From assembly GCA_000320545.1 (NCBI GenBank), contig ADNK01001989.1, positions 1-36,861 of the forward strand: 36,861 bases of DNA, read 5' to 3'. Shown here in pieces: positions 35,389 through 36,861 of this stretch. The notes under the pieces are model-generated. The model did no database searches. It saw nothing but the letters and a program-made list of their open reading frames with translations, and was not told where the DNA came from. Source of the DNA: Bigelowiella natans CCMP2755. Lineage: Eukaryota; Protista; Cercozoa. How positions within the stretch are numbered: the stretch's first letter is position 1; the number at the start of each line of letters is the position of its first letter. Both the position numbers and the translations under genes were made by a program.

Positions 35389-35940
35389 CACGTTCATCGG
35401 TGATTACCAGCATGTATTCTCGAAGCAATGACCCCTCTGGCACCGATGTTATTCCTCCCAATGGCCTCGGTAAGAAACGCAGTACTTAAGACAGCCCCTC
35501 CTCCTCTCTTCCTCTACGCATTATCCCCCCTCCTTGTCGGCGCCATCGTACCCCTTTCCTGACAGCATAGCGTTGATCAATTTCAGATCGCAAACATGGG
35601 GAAGAACGTGTCCTGGCTTGCAGCAAGTGCTACTGTAAGTCATCGTAGTGTCGTAGTGTAAAGACGACAAAGGCAGCTCAATATATGCAAGGATTATCAC
35701 CCAGTTCCTACCCCCCTTTCCTCCTTTAACGTCAATTTCTTGCTCGCCACTGACCTCCCTAACCACCACGCACTACCGCAGCGCGCCAACATACTACTAT
35801 CGTTTGCCCGGAGGGCTAACCTTGCCGATGTGACCGCGAAGGCTGGATCGCAGGTGTGTGTGTGTGTTGGGGAGAGGGGTAGTGCGATTTCAATCGTCTA
35901 CTGCCTTTTGTTCGTGCTAGTCCTGTTTCTTAGCATCGTA

Positions 35941-36012
<72 letters not shown>

Positions 36013-36794
36013 TAAACGATGCATCTTTTCGAGCAGACGATCATTGCGTCGACCCTGGGGACTGCAGCAGGTGAGAAGTTAGGGAAGGGGAGGGGGGGGC
36101 GGGGTGGAGGTTGGATGCCTCCGCTAAGATTGCCATCGATTTTCAGTCCTAAGTGTTGGTATTCTCTGCGGCTGTTTGGGTTGGTGATATGGTTGAATAT
36201 CAGGAGTCATAGTCTCTCCCTTGGTCTGCAACTCTCTTTCTTTTTGTTTGTATTCATGTGGGAAAATGAAAGATATATCTAGATTTATTTCCGTTCACTT
36301 TACATAAATAGCCGTGTGTGCGCGTACTTTTCCTTCTGCGGGGTTTTGCCAGCGAGTCAGTACCAGCCATCAGTTTTTGTGTTATTGCAGCGATTGATCA
36401 TCGGATGCTTCTTAAACGATTTTATTTCGTCGCAAATGCCATGTTGAATGACCGTTACCACTCGTGGTTTGCAGGTGGGATCTGATCCGTACGTCATTAT
36501 CCCGGCACTATTCGGTCTAAAAATGCAATTTCTGTTTGTTCGATCCCCCCTCGAAAAAAGTTTGTCCATGTTTATATTCTGCAATGCGGTTTTTCTTTCT
36601 TCAATGGTTGAGGAGGGGGTAGTGATCTTGTTCGATGCACAGTACACTAACAATAACATCAACAACTTTTATTGCCGCCTATCACCCTCCTACTACCAGT
36701 CACCTCGGCATTACACTTGTCGTGCGTGCTCAAGGCTTTGACCCAGGTGCTGCTTTGTATCTTTCGTCGTTAATGTTGTGTGCTTTATACATAA

Positions 36795-36848
<54 letters not shown>

Positions 36849-36861
36849 GGGGGGGGGGGGG
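33250..36861 (+). CDS. RUS (root UV-B sensitive)/DUF647 family protein, 3' partial
   Basis: Exons: GYFAYVRWYMLA|VAGSTCMVLSTQSMLYAIG|LGAGSIPMAAALNW|VIKDGLGQLGGVLFASCINSRFDADPK|RWRMVA...ILEAMTPLAPMLFLPMAS|IANMGKNVSWLAASAT|RANILLSFARRANLADVTAKAGSQ|TIIASTLGTAAG. Start codon tentative. Confidence 0.85.

Overview
Intron-rich eukaryotic nuclear DNA; the small GT-AG introns, microsatellite-filled introns and a possible signal+transit peptide are compatible with a chlorarachniophyte/rhizarian-type protist (inference). Genes assembled by eye: a partial RRM protein (-), a myristoylated EF-hand protein, two hypotheticals, a multi-exon ATP-grasp-like gene, a divergent Rab-like GTPase fused to a PH domain, a vWA protein with an in-frame TAA, CRIPT, a divergent 12-exon beta-tubulin with TAG at a conserved Tyr, and a RUS/DUF647 gene. 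A young, intact Ty3/Gypsy element (7951-13666; identical 326-bp LTRs, AAAT TSD) has a degenerate DIRS-type DNA adenine-methyltransferase-like domain after integrase and an extensively self-complementary LTR. The strongest signal is regional: intergenic tracts have lost almost every TpA except inside CTAG, while CpG is kept. A U6 snRNA copy with both catalytic motifs hit, and three repeat copies reading TA/CA/TG at one site, polarise the change as TpA->TpG/CpA. This suggests a targeted reverse-RIP-like mutagenesis of non-genic DNA. All counts and alignments are manual.
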